DNA of 64,000 nucleotides, taken from Eledone cirrhosa. Taxonomy: Eukaryota. Positions within the stretch are counted from its first letter, which is position 1; every line of letters starts with the position of its first letter. The notes under the pieces were generated by a model, which did no database searches, was not told the origin of the DNA, and saw only the letters and a list, made by a program, of their open reading frames with translations. Positions 1 to 13,100 of this stretch are shown one piece after another. The DNA is taken from positions 210,614,001 to 210,678,000 of the forward strand of contig OZ024743.1 in assembly GCA_964016885.1 (NCBI GenBank), read 5' to 3'. The translations under genes were made by a program, and so were the position numbers.

Positions 1-650
1 CAGATGAAAACTCTTAACTCCATAAGATATAGCAGTTTACCATCCTATAGCCACACATGAAAGTTCTTCACTCCATAAGATATACCACAGTTTACCACCC
101 TATAGCCAGATGAAAGCTCTTCACTCCATAAGATATACCAGTTTACCATCCTATAGCCACAGATGAAAGCTCTTCACCCCATAAGATATACCACAGTTTA
201 CCATCCTATAGCCACAGATGAAAGCGCTTCGCTCCATAAGATATACCACAGTTTACCATCCTATAGCCACACATGAAAGCTCTTCACTCCATAAGATATA
301 CCACAGTTTAACATCCTAGAGCCACACATGAAAGCTCTTCACTCCATAAGATATACCACAGTTTACCATCCTGTAGCCAGATGAAAGCTCTTCACTCTAT
401 AAGATATACCACAGTTTACCATCCTATAGCCAGATGAAAGCTCTTCACTCCATAAGATATACCACAGATTACCATCCTGTAGCCAGATGAAAGCTCTTCA
501 CTCCATAAGATATACAACTGTTTACCAACCTATAGCCACAGATGAAAGCTCTTCACTCCATAAGATATACCACAGTTTACCATCCTATAGTCACACATGA
601 AAGCTCTTCACTCCATAAGATATACCACAGTTTACCATCCTATAGCCATG
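1..650 (+). repeat. Satellite block 1, forward orientation (~12 monomers)
   Basis: Monomers read in the C-rich orientation up to ...tttaccatcctatagccATG (650). Confidence 0.97.
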
Positions 651-697
651 ATGGTAAACTGTGGTATATCTTATGGAGTGAAGAGCTTTCATGTGTG
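592..697. repeat. Fold-back palindrome at left inversion junction: 48-bp perfect arms (592-639 / 650-697), 10-nt spacer CTATAGCCAT
   Basis: ...cagtttaccatc [ctatagccat] gatggtaaactg...; the first mismatch is t591 vs g698, and imperfect pairing continues beyond it. Confidence 0.93.
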
Positions 698-2320
698 GCT
701 ATAGGATGGTAAACTCTGGTATATCTTATGGAGTGAAGAGCTTTCATCTGGCTATAGGATGGTAAACTGTGGTATATCTTATGGAGTGAAGAGCTTTCAT
801 CTGTGGCTATAGGATGGTAAACTGGTATATCTTATGGAGTGAAGAGCTTTCATCTGTGGCTATAGGATATTAAACTGTGGTATATCTTGTGGAGTGATGT
901 GCATTCATCTGTGGCTATATGATGGTAAACTGTGGTATATCTTATGGAGTGAAGAGCTTTCATGTGTGGCTATAGGATGGTAAAGTCTGGTATATCTTAT
1001 GGAGTGAAGAGCTTTCATCTGGCTATAGGGTGGTAAACTGTGGTATATCTTATGGAGTGAAGAGCTTTCATCTGTGGGTATAGGATGGTAAACTGGTATA
1101 TCCTATGGAGTGAAGAGTTTCATGTGTGGCTATAGGATGGTAAACTGTGGTATATCTTATGGAGTGAAGAGCTTTCATGTGTGGCCATAGGATGGTAAAC
1201 TGTGGTATATCTTATGGAGTGAAGAGCTTTCATGTGTGGCTATAGGATGGTAAACCGTGGTATATCTTATGGAGTGAAGAGCTTTCATCTCGCTATCGGA
1301 TGGTAAACAGTGGTATATATTATGGAGTGAAGAACTTTCATCTGTGGCTATAGGATGGTAAACTGTGGTATATCTTATGGACTGAAGAGCTTTCATGCAT
1401 GGCTATAGGATGGTAAACTGTGGTATATCTTATGGAGTGAAGAGCTTTCATGTGTGGCTATAAGATGGTAAACTGTGGTATATCTTATGGACTGAAGAGC
1501 TTTCATGTGTGGCTATAGGATGGTAAACTGTGGTATATCTGATGGAGTGAAGAGCTTTCATCTGTGGCTATAGAATGGTAAACTGTGGTATATCTTATGG
1601 AGTGAAGTGTTTCATCTGGCTATAGGATGGTAGAATGTGTTATATCTTATGGAGTGAAGAGCTTTCATCTGGATATAGGATGGTAAACTGTGGTATATCT
1701 TATGGAGTGAAGAGCTTTCATCTGTGGCTATATGATGGTAAACTGGTATATCTTATGGAGTGAAGAGCTTTCATCTGTGGCTATAGGATGGTAAACTGTG
1801 GTATATCCTATGGAGTGAAGAGCATTCATGTGTGGCTATAGGATGGTAAACTGTGGTATATCCTATGGAGTGAAGAGCATTCATGTGTGGCTATAGGATG
1901 GTAAACTGTGGTATATCCTATGGAGTGAAGAGCATTCATGTGTGGCTATAGGATGGTAAACTGTGGTATATCTTATGGAGTGAAGAGCTTTCATCTGTGG
2001 CTATAGGATGGTAAACTGTGGTATATCTTATGGAGTGAAGAGCTTTCATGTGTGGCTATAGGATGGTAAACCGTGGTATATCTTATGGAGTGAAGAGCTT
2101 TCATGTGTGGCTATAGGATGGTAAAATGTGGTATATCTTATGGAGCGAAGCGCTTTCATCTGTGGCTATAGGATGGTAAACTGTGGTATATCTTATGGGG
2201 TGAAGAGCTTTCATCTGTGGCTATAGGATGGTAAACTGGTATATCTTATGGAGTGAAGAGCTTTCATCTGGCTATAGGGTGGTAAACTGTGGTATATCTT
2301 ATGGAGTGAAGAACTTTCAT
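648..2320 (-). repeat. Inverted satellite block (~1673 bp, ~31 monomers on the opposite strand)
   Basis: Sequence switches to the reverse complement (gatggtaaactgtggtatatcttatggagtgaagagctttcat...) at 648-650 and returns to forward at ...gaactttCAT|aagatatacc (2318-2321). The only minus-strand ORF in the track (1175-1396) lies here. Confidence 0.98.
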
Positions 2321-2341
2321 AAGATATACCACAGTTTACCA
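2280..2341. repeat. Fold-back palindrome at right inversion junction: 24-bp perfect arms (2280-2303 / 2318-2341), 14-nt spacer
   Basis: tggtaaactgtggtatatcttatg [gagtgaagaacttt] cataagatataccacagtttacca; imperfect pairing continues outward. Confidence 0.92.
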
Positions 2342-5300
2342 TCCTATAGCCACACATAAAAGCTCTTCACTCCATAAGATATACCACAGTTTACCAACCT
2401 ATAGCCACAGATGAAAGCTCTTCACTCCATAAGTTATACCACAGTTTACCATCCTATAGCCAGATGAAAGCTCTTCACTCCATAAGATATACCAGTTTAC
2501 CATCATATAGCAACAGATGAAAGCTCTTCACTCCATCAGATATACCACAGTTTATCATCCTATAGCCAGATGAAAGCTCTTCACTCCATAAGTTATAACA
2601 CATTCTACCATCCTATAGCCAGATGAAACACTTCACTCCATAATATATACCACAGTTTACCATCCTATAGCCACAGATGAAAGCTCTTCACTTCATAAGA
2701 TATACCACAGTTTACCATCCTATGGCCACAGATGAAAGCTCTTCACTCCATAAGATATACCACAGTTTACCATCCTATAGCCACACATGAAAGCTCTTCA
2801 CTCCATAAGATATACAACAGTTTACCATCCTATAGCCATACATGAAAGCTCTTGAGTCCATAGGATATACCACAGTTTACCATCTTATAGCCACATATGA
2901 AAGCTCTTCACTCCATAAGATATACCACAGTTTACCATCCTATAGCCATGCATGAAAGCTCTTCAGTCCATAAGATATACCACATTTTACCATCCTATAG
3001 CCACAGATGAAAGCTCTTCACTCCATAATATATACCACAGTTTACCATCCGATAGCGAGATGAAAGCTCTTCACTCCATAAGATATACCACGGTTTACCA
3101 TCCTATAGCCACACATGAAAGCTCTTCACTCCATAAGATATACCACAGTTTACCATCCTATAGCCACAGATGAAAGCTCTTCACTCCATAAGATATACCA
3201 CAGTTTACCATCCTATGGCCACACATGAAAGCTCTTCACTCCATAAGATATACCACAGTTTACCATCCTATAGCCACACATCAAACTCTTCACTCCATAG
3301 TATATACCACAGTTTACCATCCTATAGCCACACATGAATGCTCTTCACTCCATAGGATATACCACAGTTTACCATCCTATAGCCATACATGAAAGCTCTT
3401 CAGTCCATAAGATATACCACAGTTTACCATCCTATAGCCACAGATGAAAGCTCTTCACTCTATAAGATATACTACAGTTTACCATCCTATAGCCAGATGA
3501 AAGCTCTTCACACCATAAGATATAGCACAGTTTACCAGCCTATAGCCACAGATGAAAGCTCTTCACTCAATAATATATACCACAGTTTACCATCCTATAG
3601 CAAGATGAAAGCTCTTCACTCCATAAGATATACCACAATTTACCATCCTATAGCCACACATGAAAGCTCTTCACTCCATAAGATATACCACAGTTTACCA
3701 TCCTATAGCCAGATGAAAGCTCTTCACTCCATAAATATATCACAGTTTACCATCCTATAGCCACAGATGAAAGCTCTTCACTCCATAAGATATACCACAG
3801 TTTACCATCCTATAGCCACACATGAAAACTCTTCACTCCATAAGATATACCACAGTTTACCATCCTATAGCCACACATGAAAGCTCTTCACTCCATAAGA
3901 TATACCACAGTTTACCATCCTATAGGCAGATGAAAACTCTTCACTCCATAAGATATACCACAGTTTACCATCCTATAGCCAGATGAAAGCTCTTCACTCC
4001 ATAAGATATACCAGTTTACCATCCTATAGCCACAGATGAAAGCTCTTCGCTCCATAAGATATAACACAGTTTACCACCCTATAGCCAGATGAAAGATCTT
4101 CACTCCATAAGATATACCAGTTTACCATCCTATAGCCACAGATGAAAGCTCTTCACTCCATAAGATATACCACAGTTTACCATCCTATAGCCACACATGA
4201 AAGCTCTTCACTCCATAAGATATACCAGTTTACCATCCTATAGCCACAGATGAAAGCTCTTCACTCCATAAGATATACCACAGTTTACCACCCTATAGCC
4301 AGATGAAAGCTCTTCACTCCATAAGATATACCAGAGTTTACCATCCTATAGCCACACATGAAAGCTCTTCACTCCATAAGATATACCACAGTTTACCATC
4401 ATATAGCCACAGATGAATGAACATCACTCCATAAGATATACCACAGTTTACCATCCTATAGCCACAGATGAAAGCTCTTCACCCCATAAGATATACCACA
4501 GTTTACCATCCTATAGCCACAGATGAAAGCTCTTCGCTCCATAAGATATACCACAGTTTACCATCCTATAGCCACACATGAAAGCTCTTCACTCCATGAG
4601 ATATACCACAGTTTAACATCCTATAGCCACACATGAAAGCTCTTCACTCCATAAGATATACCACAGTTTACCATCCTGTAGCCAGATGAAAGCTCTTCAC
4701 TCTATAAGATATACCACAGTTTACCAACCTATAGCCAGATGAAAGCTCTTCACTCCATAAGATATACCACAGTTTACCATCCTGTAGCCAGATGAAAGCT
4801 CTTCATTCCATAAGATATACCACAGTTTACCATCCTATAGCCACACAGGAAAGCTCTTCACTCCATAAGATATACCACAGTTTACCATCCTATAGGCAGA
4901 TGAAAACTCTTCACTCCATAAGATATACCACAGTTTACCACCCTATAGCCAGATGAAAGCTCTTCACTCCATAAGATATACCAGTTTACCATCCTATAGC
5001 CACAGATGAAAGCTCTTCGCTCCATAAGATATACCACAGTTTACCATCCTATAGCCACACATGAAAGCTCTTCACTCCATAAGATATACCACAGTTTAAC
5101 ATCCTATAGCCACACATGAAAGCTCTTCACTCCATAAGATATACCACAGTTTACCATCCTGTAGCCAGATGAAAGCTCTTCACTCTATAAGATATACCAC
5201 AGTTTACCATCCTATAGCCAGATGAAAGCTCTTCACTCCATAAGATATACCACAGATTACCATCCTGTAGCCAGATGAAAGCTCTTCACTCCATAAGATA

Positions 5301-8300
5301 TACAACAGTTTACCAACCTATAGCCACAGATGAAAGCTCTTCACTCCATAAGATATACCACAGTTTACCATCCTATAGCCAGATGAAAGCTCTTCACTCC
5401 ATAAGATATACCACAGTTTACCATCCTATAGCCACACATTAAAGCTCTTCACTCCATAAGATATACCACAGTTTACCAACCTATAGCCACAGATGAAAGC
5501 TCTTCACTCCATAAGTTATACCACAGTTTACCATCCTATAGCCAGATGAAAGCTCTTCACTCCATAAGATATACCAGTTTACCATCATATAGCCACAGAT
5601 GAAAGCTCTTCACTCCATAAGATATACCACAGTTTACCATCCTATAGCCAGATGAAAGCTCTTCACTCCATAAGATATACCACATTCTACCATCCTATAG
5701 CCAGATGAAACCCTTCACTCCATAAGATATACAACAGTTTACCATCCTATAGCCACAGATGAAAGCTCTTCACTCCATAAGATATACCACAGTTTACCAT
5801 CCTATGGCCACAGTTGAAAGCTCTTCACTCCATAAGATATACCACAGTTTACCATCCTATAGCCACACATGAAAGCTCTTCAATCCATAAGATATACCAC
5901 AGTTTACCATCCTATAGCCATACATGAAAGCTCTTCAGTCCATAAGATATACAACAGTTTACCATCTTATAGCCACACATGAAAGCTGTTCACTCCATAA
6001 GATATACCACAGTTTACCATCCTATAGCCATGCATGAAAGCTCTTCAGTCCATAAGATATACCACAGTTTACCATCCTATAGCCACAGATGAAAGCTCTT
6101 CACTCCATAATATATACCACAGTTTAACATCCGATAGCGAGATGAAAGCTCTTCACTCCATAAGATATACCACGGTTTACCATCCTATAGCCACACATGA
6201 AAGCTCTTCCCTCCATAAGATATACCACAGTTTACCATCTTATAGCCACAGATGAAAGCTCTTCACTCCATAAGATATACCACAGTTTACCATCCTATGG
6301 CCACACATGAAAGCTCTTCACTCCATAAGATATACCACAGTTTACCATCCTATAGCCACATATGAAAGCTCTTCACTCCATAAGTGATACCACAGTTTAC
6401 CATCCTATAGCCATACATGAAAGCTCTTCAGTCCATAAGATATACCACAGTTTACCATCTTATAGCCACACATGAAAGCTGTTCACTCCATAAGATATAC
6501 CACAGTTTACCATCCTATAGCCATGCATGAAAGCTCTTCAGTCCATAAGATATACCACGGTTTACCATCCTATAGCCACACATGAAAGCTCTTCACTCCA
6601 TAAGATATACCACAGTTTACCATCCTATAGCCACAGATGAAAGCTCTTCACTCCGTAAGATATACCACAGTTTACCATCCTATGGCCACACATGAAAGCT
6701 CTTCACACCATAAGATATACCACAGTTTACCATCCTATAGCCATGCATGAAAGTTCTTCAGTCCATAAGATATACCACAGTTTACCATCCTATAGCCAGA
6801 TGAAAGCTCTTCACTCCATAAGATATACCACAGTTTACCATCCTATAGCCACAGATGAAAGCTCTTCACTCCATAAGATATACCACAGTTTACCATCCTA
6901 TGGCCACACATGAAAGCTCTTCACACCATAAGATATACCACAGTTTACCATCCTATAGCCACACATGAAACTCTTCACTCCATAGGATATACCACAGTTT
7001 ACCATCCTATAGCCACACATGAATGCTCTTCACTCCATAGGATATACCACAGTTTACCATCCTATAGCCATACATGAAAGCTCTTCAGTCCATAAGATAT
7101 ACCACAGTTTACCATCCTATAGCCACAGATGAAAGCTCTTCACTCCATAAGATATACTACAGTTTACCATCCTATAGCCAGATGAAAGCTCTTCACTCCA
7201 TAAGATATAGCACAGTTTACCATCCTATAGCCACAGATGAAAGCTCTTCATTCCATAAGATATACCACAGTTTACCATCCTATTGCCACACATGAAAGCT
7301 CTTCACTCCATAAGATATACCACAGTTTACCATGTTATAGCCACACATGAAAGCTCTTCAATCCATAAGATATACCACAGTTTACCATCCTATAGCCACA
7401 GATGAAAGCTCTTCACTCCATAAGATATACTACAGTTTACCATCCTATGGCCACACATGAAAGCTCTTCACTCCATAGGATATACCACAGTTTACCAGCC
7501 TATAGCCACACATGAAAGCTCTTCACTCCATAGGATATACCACAGTTTACCATCCTATAGCCACAGATGAAAGCTCTTCACTCTATAAGATATACTACAG
7601 TTTACCATCCTATAGCCAGATGAAAGCTCTTCACACCATAAGATATAGCACAGTTTACCAGCCTATAGCCACAGATGAAAGCTCTTCACTCAATAATATA
7701 TACCACAGTTTACCATCCTATAGCAAGATGAAAGCTCTTCACTCCATAAGATATACCACAATTTACCATCCTATAGCCACACATGAAAGCTCTTCACTCC
7801 ATAAGATATACCACAGTTTACCATCCTATAGCCAGATGAAAGCTCTTCACTCCATAAATATATCACAGTTTACCATCCTATAGCCACAGATGAAAGCTCT
7901 TCACTCCATAAGATATACCACAGTTTACCATCCTATAGCCACACATGAAAACTCTTCACTCCATAAGATATACCACAGTTTACCATCCTATAGCCACACA
8001 TGAAAGCTCTTCACTCCATAAGATATACCACAGTTTACCATCCTATAGGCAGATGAAAACTCTTCACTCCATAAGATATACCACAGTTTACCATCCTATA
8101 GCCAGATGAAAGCTCTTCACTCCATAAGATATACCAGTTTACCATCCTATAGCCACAGATGAAAGCTCTTCGCTCCATAAGATATAACACAGTTTACCAC
8201 CCTATAGCCAGATGAAAGATCTTCACTCCATAAGATATACCAGTTTACCATCCTATAGCCACAGATGAAAGCTCTTCACTCCATAAGATATACCACAGTT

Positions 8301-10199
8301 TACCATCCTATAGCCACACATGAAAGCTCTTCACTCCATAAGATATACCAGTTTACCATCCTATAGCCACAGATGAAAGCTCTTCACTCCATAAGATATA
8401 CCACAGTTTACCACCCTATAGCCAGATGAAAGCTCTTCACTCCATAAGATATACCAGAGTTTACCATCCTATAGCCACACATGAAAGCTCTTCACTCCAT
8501 AAGATATACCACAGTTTACCATCATATAGCCACAGATGAATGCACATCACTCCATAAGATATACCACAGTTTACCATCCTATAGCCACAGATGAAAGCTC
8601 TTCACCCCATAAGATATACCACAGTTTACCATCCTATAGCCACACATTAAAGCTCTTCACTCCATAAGATATACCACAGTTTACCATCCTATAGCCACAC
8701 ATGAAAGCTCTTCACTCCATGAGATATACCACAGTTTAACATCCTATAGCCACACATGAAAGCTCTTCACTCCATAAGATATACCACAGTTTACCATCCT
8801 GTAGCCAGATGAAAGCTCTTCACTCTATAAGATATACCACAGTTTACCAACCTATAGCCAGATGAAAGCTCTTCACTCCATAAGATATACCACAGTTTAC
8901 CATCCTGTAGCCAGATGAAAGCTCTTCATTCCATAAGATATACCACAGTTTACCATCCTATAGCCATACAGGAAAGCTCTTCACTCCATAAGATATACCA
9001 CAGTTTACCATCCTATAGGCAGATGAAAACTCTTCACTCCATAAGATATACCACAGTTTACCACCCTATAGCCAGATGAAAGCTCTTCACTCCATAAGAT
9101 ATACCAGTTTACCATCCTATAGCCACAGATGAAAGCTCTTCGCTCCATAAGATATACCACAGTTTACCATCCTATAGCCACACATGAAAGCTCTTCACTC
9201 CATAAGATATACCACAGTTTAACATCCTATAGCCACACATGAAAGCTCTTCACTCCATAAGATATACCACAGTTTACCATCCTGTAGCCAGATGAAAGCT
9301 CTTCACTCTATAAGATATACCACAGTTTACCATCCTATAGCCAGATGAAAGCTCTTCACTCCATAAGATATACCACAGATTACCATCCTGTAGCCAGATG
9401 AAAGCTCTTCACTCCATAAGATATACAACAGTTTACCAACCTATAGCCACAGATGAAAGCTCTTCACTCCATAAGATATACCACAGTTTACCATCCTATA
9501 GCCAGATGAAAGCTCTTCACTCCATAAGATATACCACAGTTTACCATCCTATAGCCACACATTAAAGTTCTTCACTCCATAAGATATACCACAGTTTACC
9601 AACCTATAGCCACAGATGAAAGCTCTTCACTCCATAAGTTATACCACAGTTTACCATCCTATAGCCAGATGAAAGCTCTTCACTCCATAAGATATACCAG
9701 TTTACCATCATATAGCCACAGATGAAAGCTCTTCACTCCATAAGATATACCACAGTTTACCACCCTATAGCCAGATGAAAGCTCTTCACTCCATAAGATA
9801 TACCACATTCTACCATCCTATAGCCAGATGAAACCCTTCACTCCATAAGATATACAACAGTTTACCATCCTATAGCCACAGATGAAAGCTCTTCACTCCA
9901 TAATATATACCACAGTTTAACATCCGATAGCGAGATGAAAGCTCTTCACTCCATAAGATATACCACGGTTTACCATCCTATAGCCACACATGAAAGCTCT
10001 TCCCTCCATAAGATATACCACAGTTTACCATCTTATAGCCACAGATGAAAGCTCTTCACTCCATAAGATATACCACAGTTTACCATCCTATGGCCACACA
10101 TGAAAGCTCTTCACTCCATAAGATATACCACAGTTTACCATCCTATAGCCACACATGAAAGCTCTTCAATCCATAAGATATACCACAGTTTACCATCCT

Positions 10200-13100
10200 A
10201 TAGCCATACATGAAAGCTCTTCAGTCCATAAGATATACCACAGTTTACCATCTTATAGCCACACATGAAAGCTGTTCACTCCATAAGATATACCACAGTT
10301 TACCATCCTATAGCCATGCATGAAAGCTCTTCAGTCCATAAGATATACCACGGTTTACCATCCTATAGCCACACATGAAAGCTCTTCACTCCATAAGATA
10401 TACCACAGTTTACCATCCTATAGCCACAGATGAAAGCTCTTCACTCCATAAGATATACCACAGTTTACCATCCTATGGCCACACATGAAAGCTCTTCACA
10501 CCATAAGATATACCACAGTTTACCATCCTATAGCCATGCATGAAAGCTCTTCAGTCCATAAGATATACCACAGTTTACCATCCTATAGCCAGATGAAAGC
10601 GCTTCACTCCATAAGATATACCACAGTTTACCATCCTATAGCCACAGATGAAAGCTCTTCACTCCATAAGATATACCACAGTTTACCATCCTATGGCCAC
10701 ACATGAAAGCTCTTCACACCATAAGATATACCACAGTTTACCATCCTATAGCCACACATGAAACTCTTCACTCCATAGGATATACCACAGTTTACCATCC
10801 TATAGCCACACATGAATGCTCTTCACTCCATAGGATATACCACAGTTTACCATCCTATAGCCATACATGAAAGCTCTTCAGTCCATAAGATATACCACAG
10901 TTTACCATCCTATAGCCACAGATGAAAGCTCTTCACTCCATAAGATATACTACAGTTTACCATCCTATAGCCAGATGAAAGCTCTTCACTCCATAAGATA
11001 TAGCACAGTTTACCATCCTATAGCCACAGATGAAAGCTCTTCATTCCATAAGATATACCACAGTTTACCATCCTATTGCCACACATGAAAGCTCTTCACT
11101 CCATAAGATATACCACAGTTTACCATGTTATAGCCACACATGAAAGCTCTTCAATCCATAAGATATACCACAGTTTACCATCCTATAGCCACAGATGAAA
11201 GCTCTTCACTCCATAAGATATACTACAGTTTACCATCCTATGGCCACACATGAAAGCTCTTCACTCCATAGGATATACCACAGTTTACCAGCCTATAGCC
11301 ACACATGAAAGCTCTTCACTCCATAGGATATACCACAGTTTACCATCCTATAGCCACACATGAAAGCTCTTCACTCCATAACCATAGTTTACCATTCTAT
11401 AGCCACACATGAAAGCTCTTCACTCCATAAGATATACCACAGTTTACCATCCTATAGCCACAGATGAAAGCTCTTTACACCATGAGATATACCACAGTTT
11501 ACCATCCTATAGCCACAGATGAAAGCTCTTCAGTCCATAAGATATACCACAGTTTACCATCCTATGGCCACACATGAAAGCTCTTCACCCATAAGATATA
11601 CCACAGTTTACCATCCTTTCGCAAGATGAAAGCTCTTCACTCCATAGGATATACCACAGTTTACCATCCTATAGCCACCCATGAAAGCTCTTCACTCCAT
11701 AAGATATACCACAGTTTACCATCATATGGCCACACATCAAAGCTCTTCACTCCATAAGATATACCACAGTTTACCACCCTATAGCCAGATGAAAGCTCTT
11801 CACTCCATAAGATATACCAGAGTTTATCATCCTATAGCCACACATGAAAGCTCTTCACTCCATAAGATATACCACAGTTTACCATCATATAGCCACAGAT
11901 GAATGCACATCACTCCATAAGATATACCACAGTTTACCATCCTATAGCCACAGATGAAAGCTCTTCACCCCATAAGATATACCAGAGTTTACCATCCTAT
12001 AGCCACAGATGAAAGCTCTTCGCTCCATAAGATATACCACAGTTTACCATCCTATAGCCACACATGAAAGCTCTTCACTCCATAAGATATACCACAGTTT
12101 ACCATCCTATAGCCACAGATGAAAGCTCTTCGCTCCATAAGATATACCACAGTTTACCATCCTATAGCCACACATGAAAGCTGTTCACTCCATGAGATAT
12201 ACCACAGTTTAACATCCTATAGCGACACATGAAAGCTCTTCACTCCATAAGATATACCACAGTTTACCATCCTGTAGCCAGATGAAAGCTCTTCACTCTA
12301 TAAGATATACCACAGTTTACCATCCTATAGCCAGATGAAAGCTCTTCACTCCATAAGATATACCACAGTTTACCATCCTGTAGCCAGATGAAAGCTCTTC
12401 ATTCCATAAGATATACCACAGTTTACCATCCTATAGCCACACATGAAAGCTCTTCACTCCATAAAATATACCACAGTTACCATCCTATAGGCAGATGAAA
12501 ACTCTTCACTCCATAAGATATACCACAGTTTACCACCCTATAGCCAGATGAAAGCTCTTCACTCCATAAGATATACCAGTTTACCATCCTATAGCCACAG
12601 ATGAAAGCTCTTCGCTCCATAAGATATACCACAGTTTACCACCCTATAGCCAGATGAAAGATCTTCACTCCATAAGATATACCAGTTTACCATCCTATAG
12701 CCACAGATGAAAGCTCTTCACTCCATAAGATATACCACAGTTTACTATCCTATAGCCACAGATGAAAGCTCTTCCCTCCATAAGATATACCAGTTTACCA
12801 TCCTATAGCCACAGATGAAAGCTCTTCACTCCATAAGATATACCACAGTTTACCACCCTATAGCCAGATGAAAGCTCTTCACTCCATAAGATATACCAGA
12901 GTTTACCATCCTATAGCCACACATGAAAGCACTTCACTCCATAAGATATACCACAGTTTACCATCATATACCCACAGATAAATGCACATCACTCCATAAG
13001 ATATACCACAGTTTACCATCCTATAGCCACAGATGAAAGCTCTTCACCCCATAAGATATACCACAGTTTACCATCCTATAGCCACAGATGAAAGCTCTTC

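Noticed and set aside
592-697. Rho-independent terminator or pre-miRNA-like hairpin
   Set aside because: The hairpin is a geometric consequence of the strand switch; there is no upstream gene, poly-T tract or evidence of expression.
648-2320. Transposon/MITE with terminal inverted repeats, or a recombinase-controlled invertible switch
   Set aside because: The block is entirely satellite. There is no target-site duplication, no recombinase or transposase, no dedicated recombination sites beyond 3-bp microhomology, and re-inversion does not restore the monomer phase.
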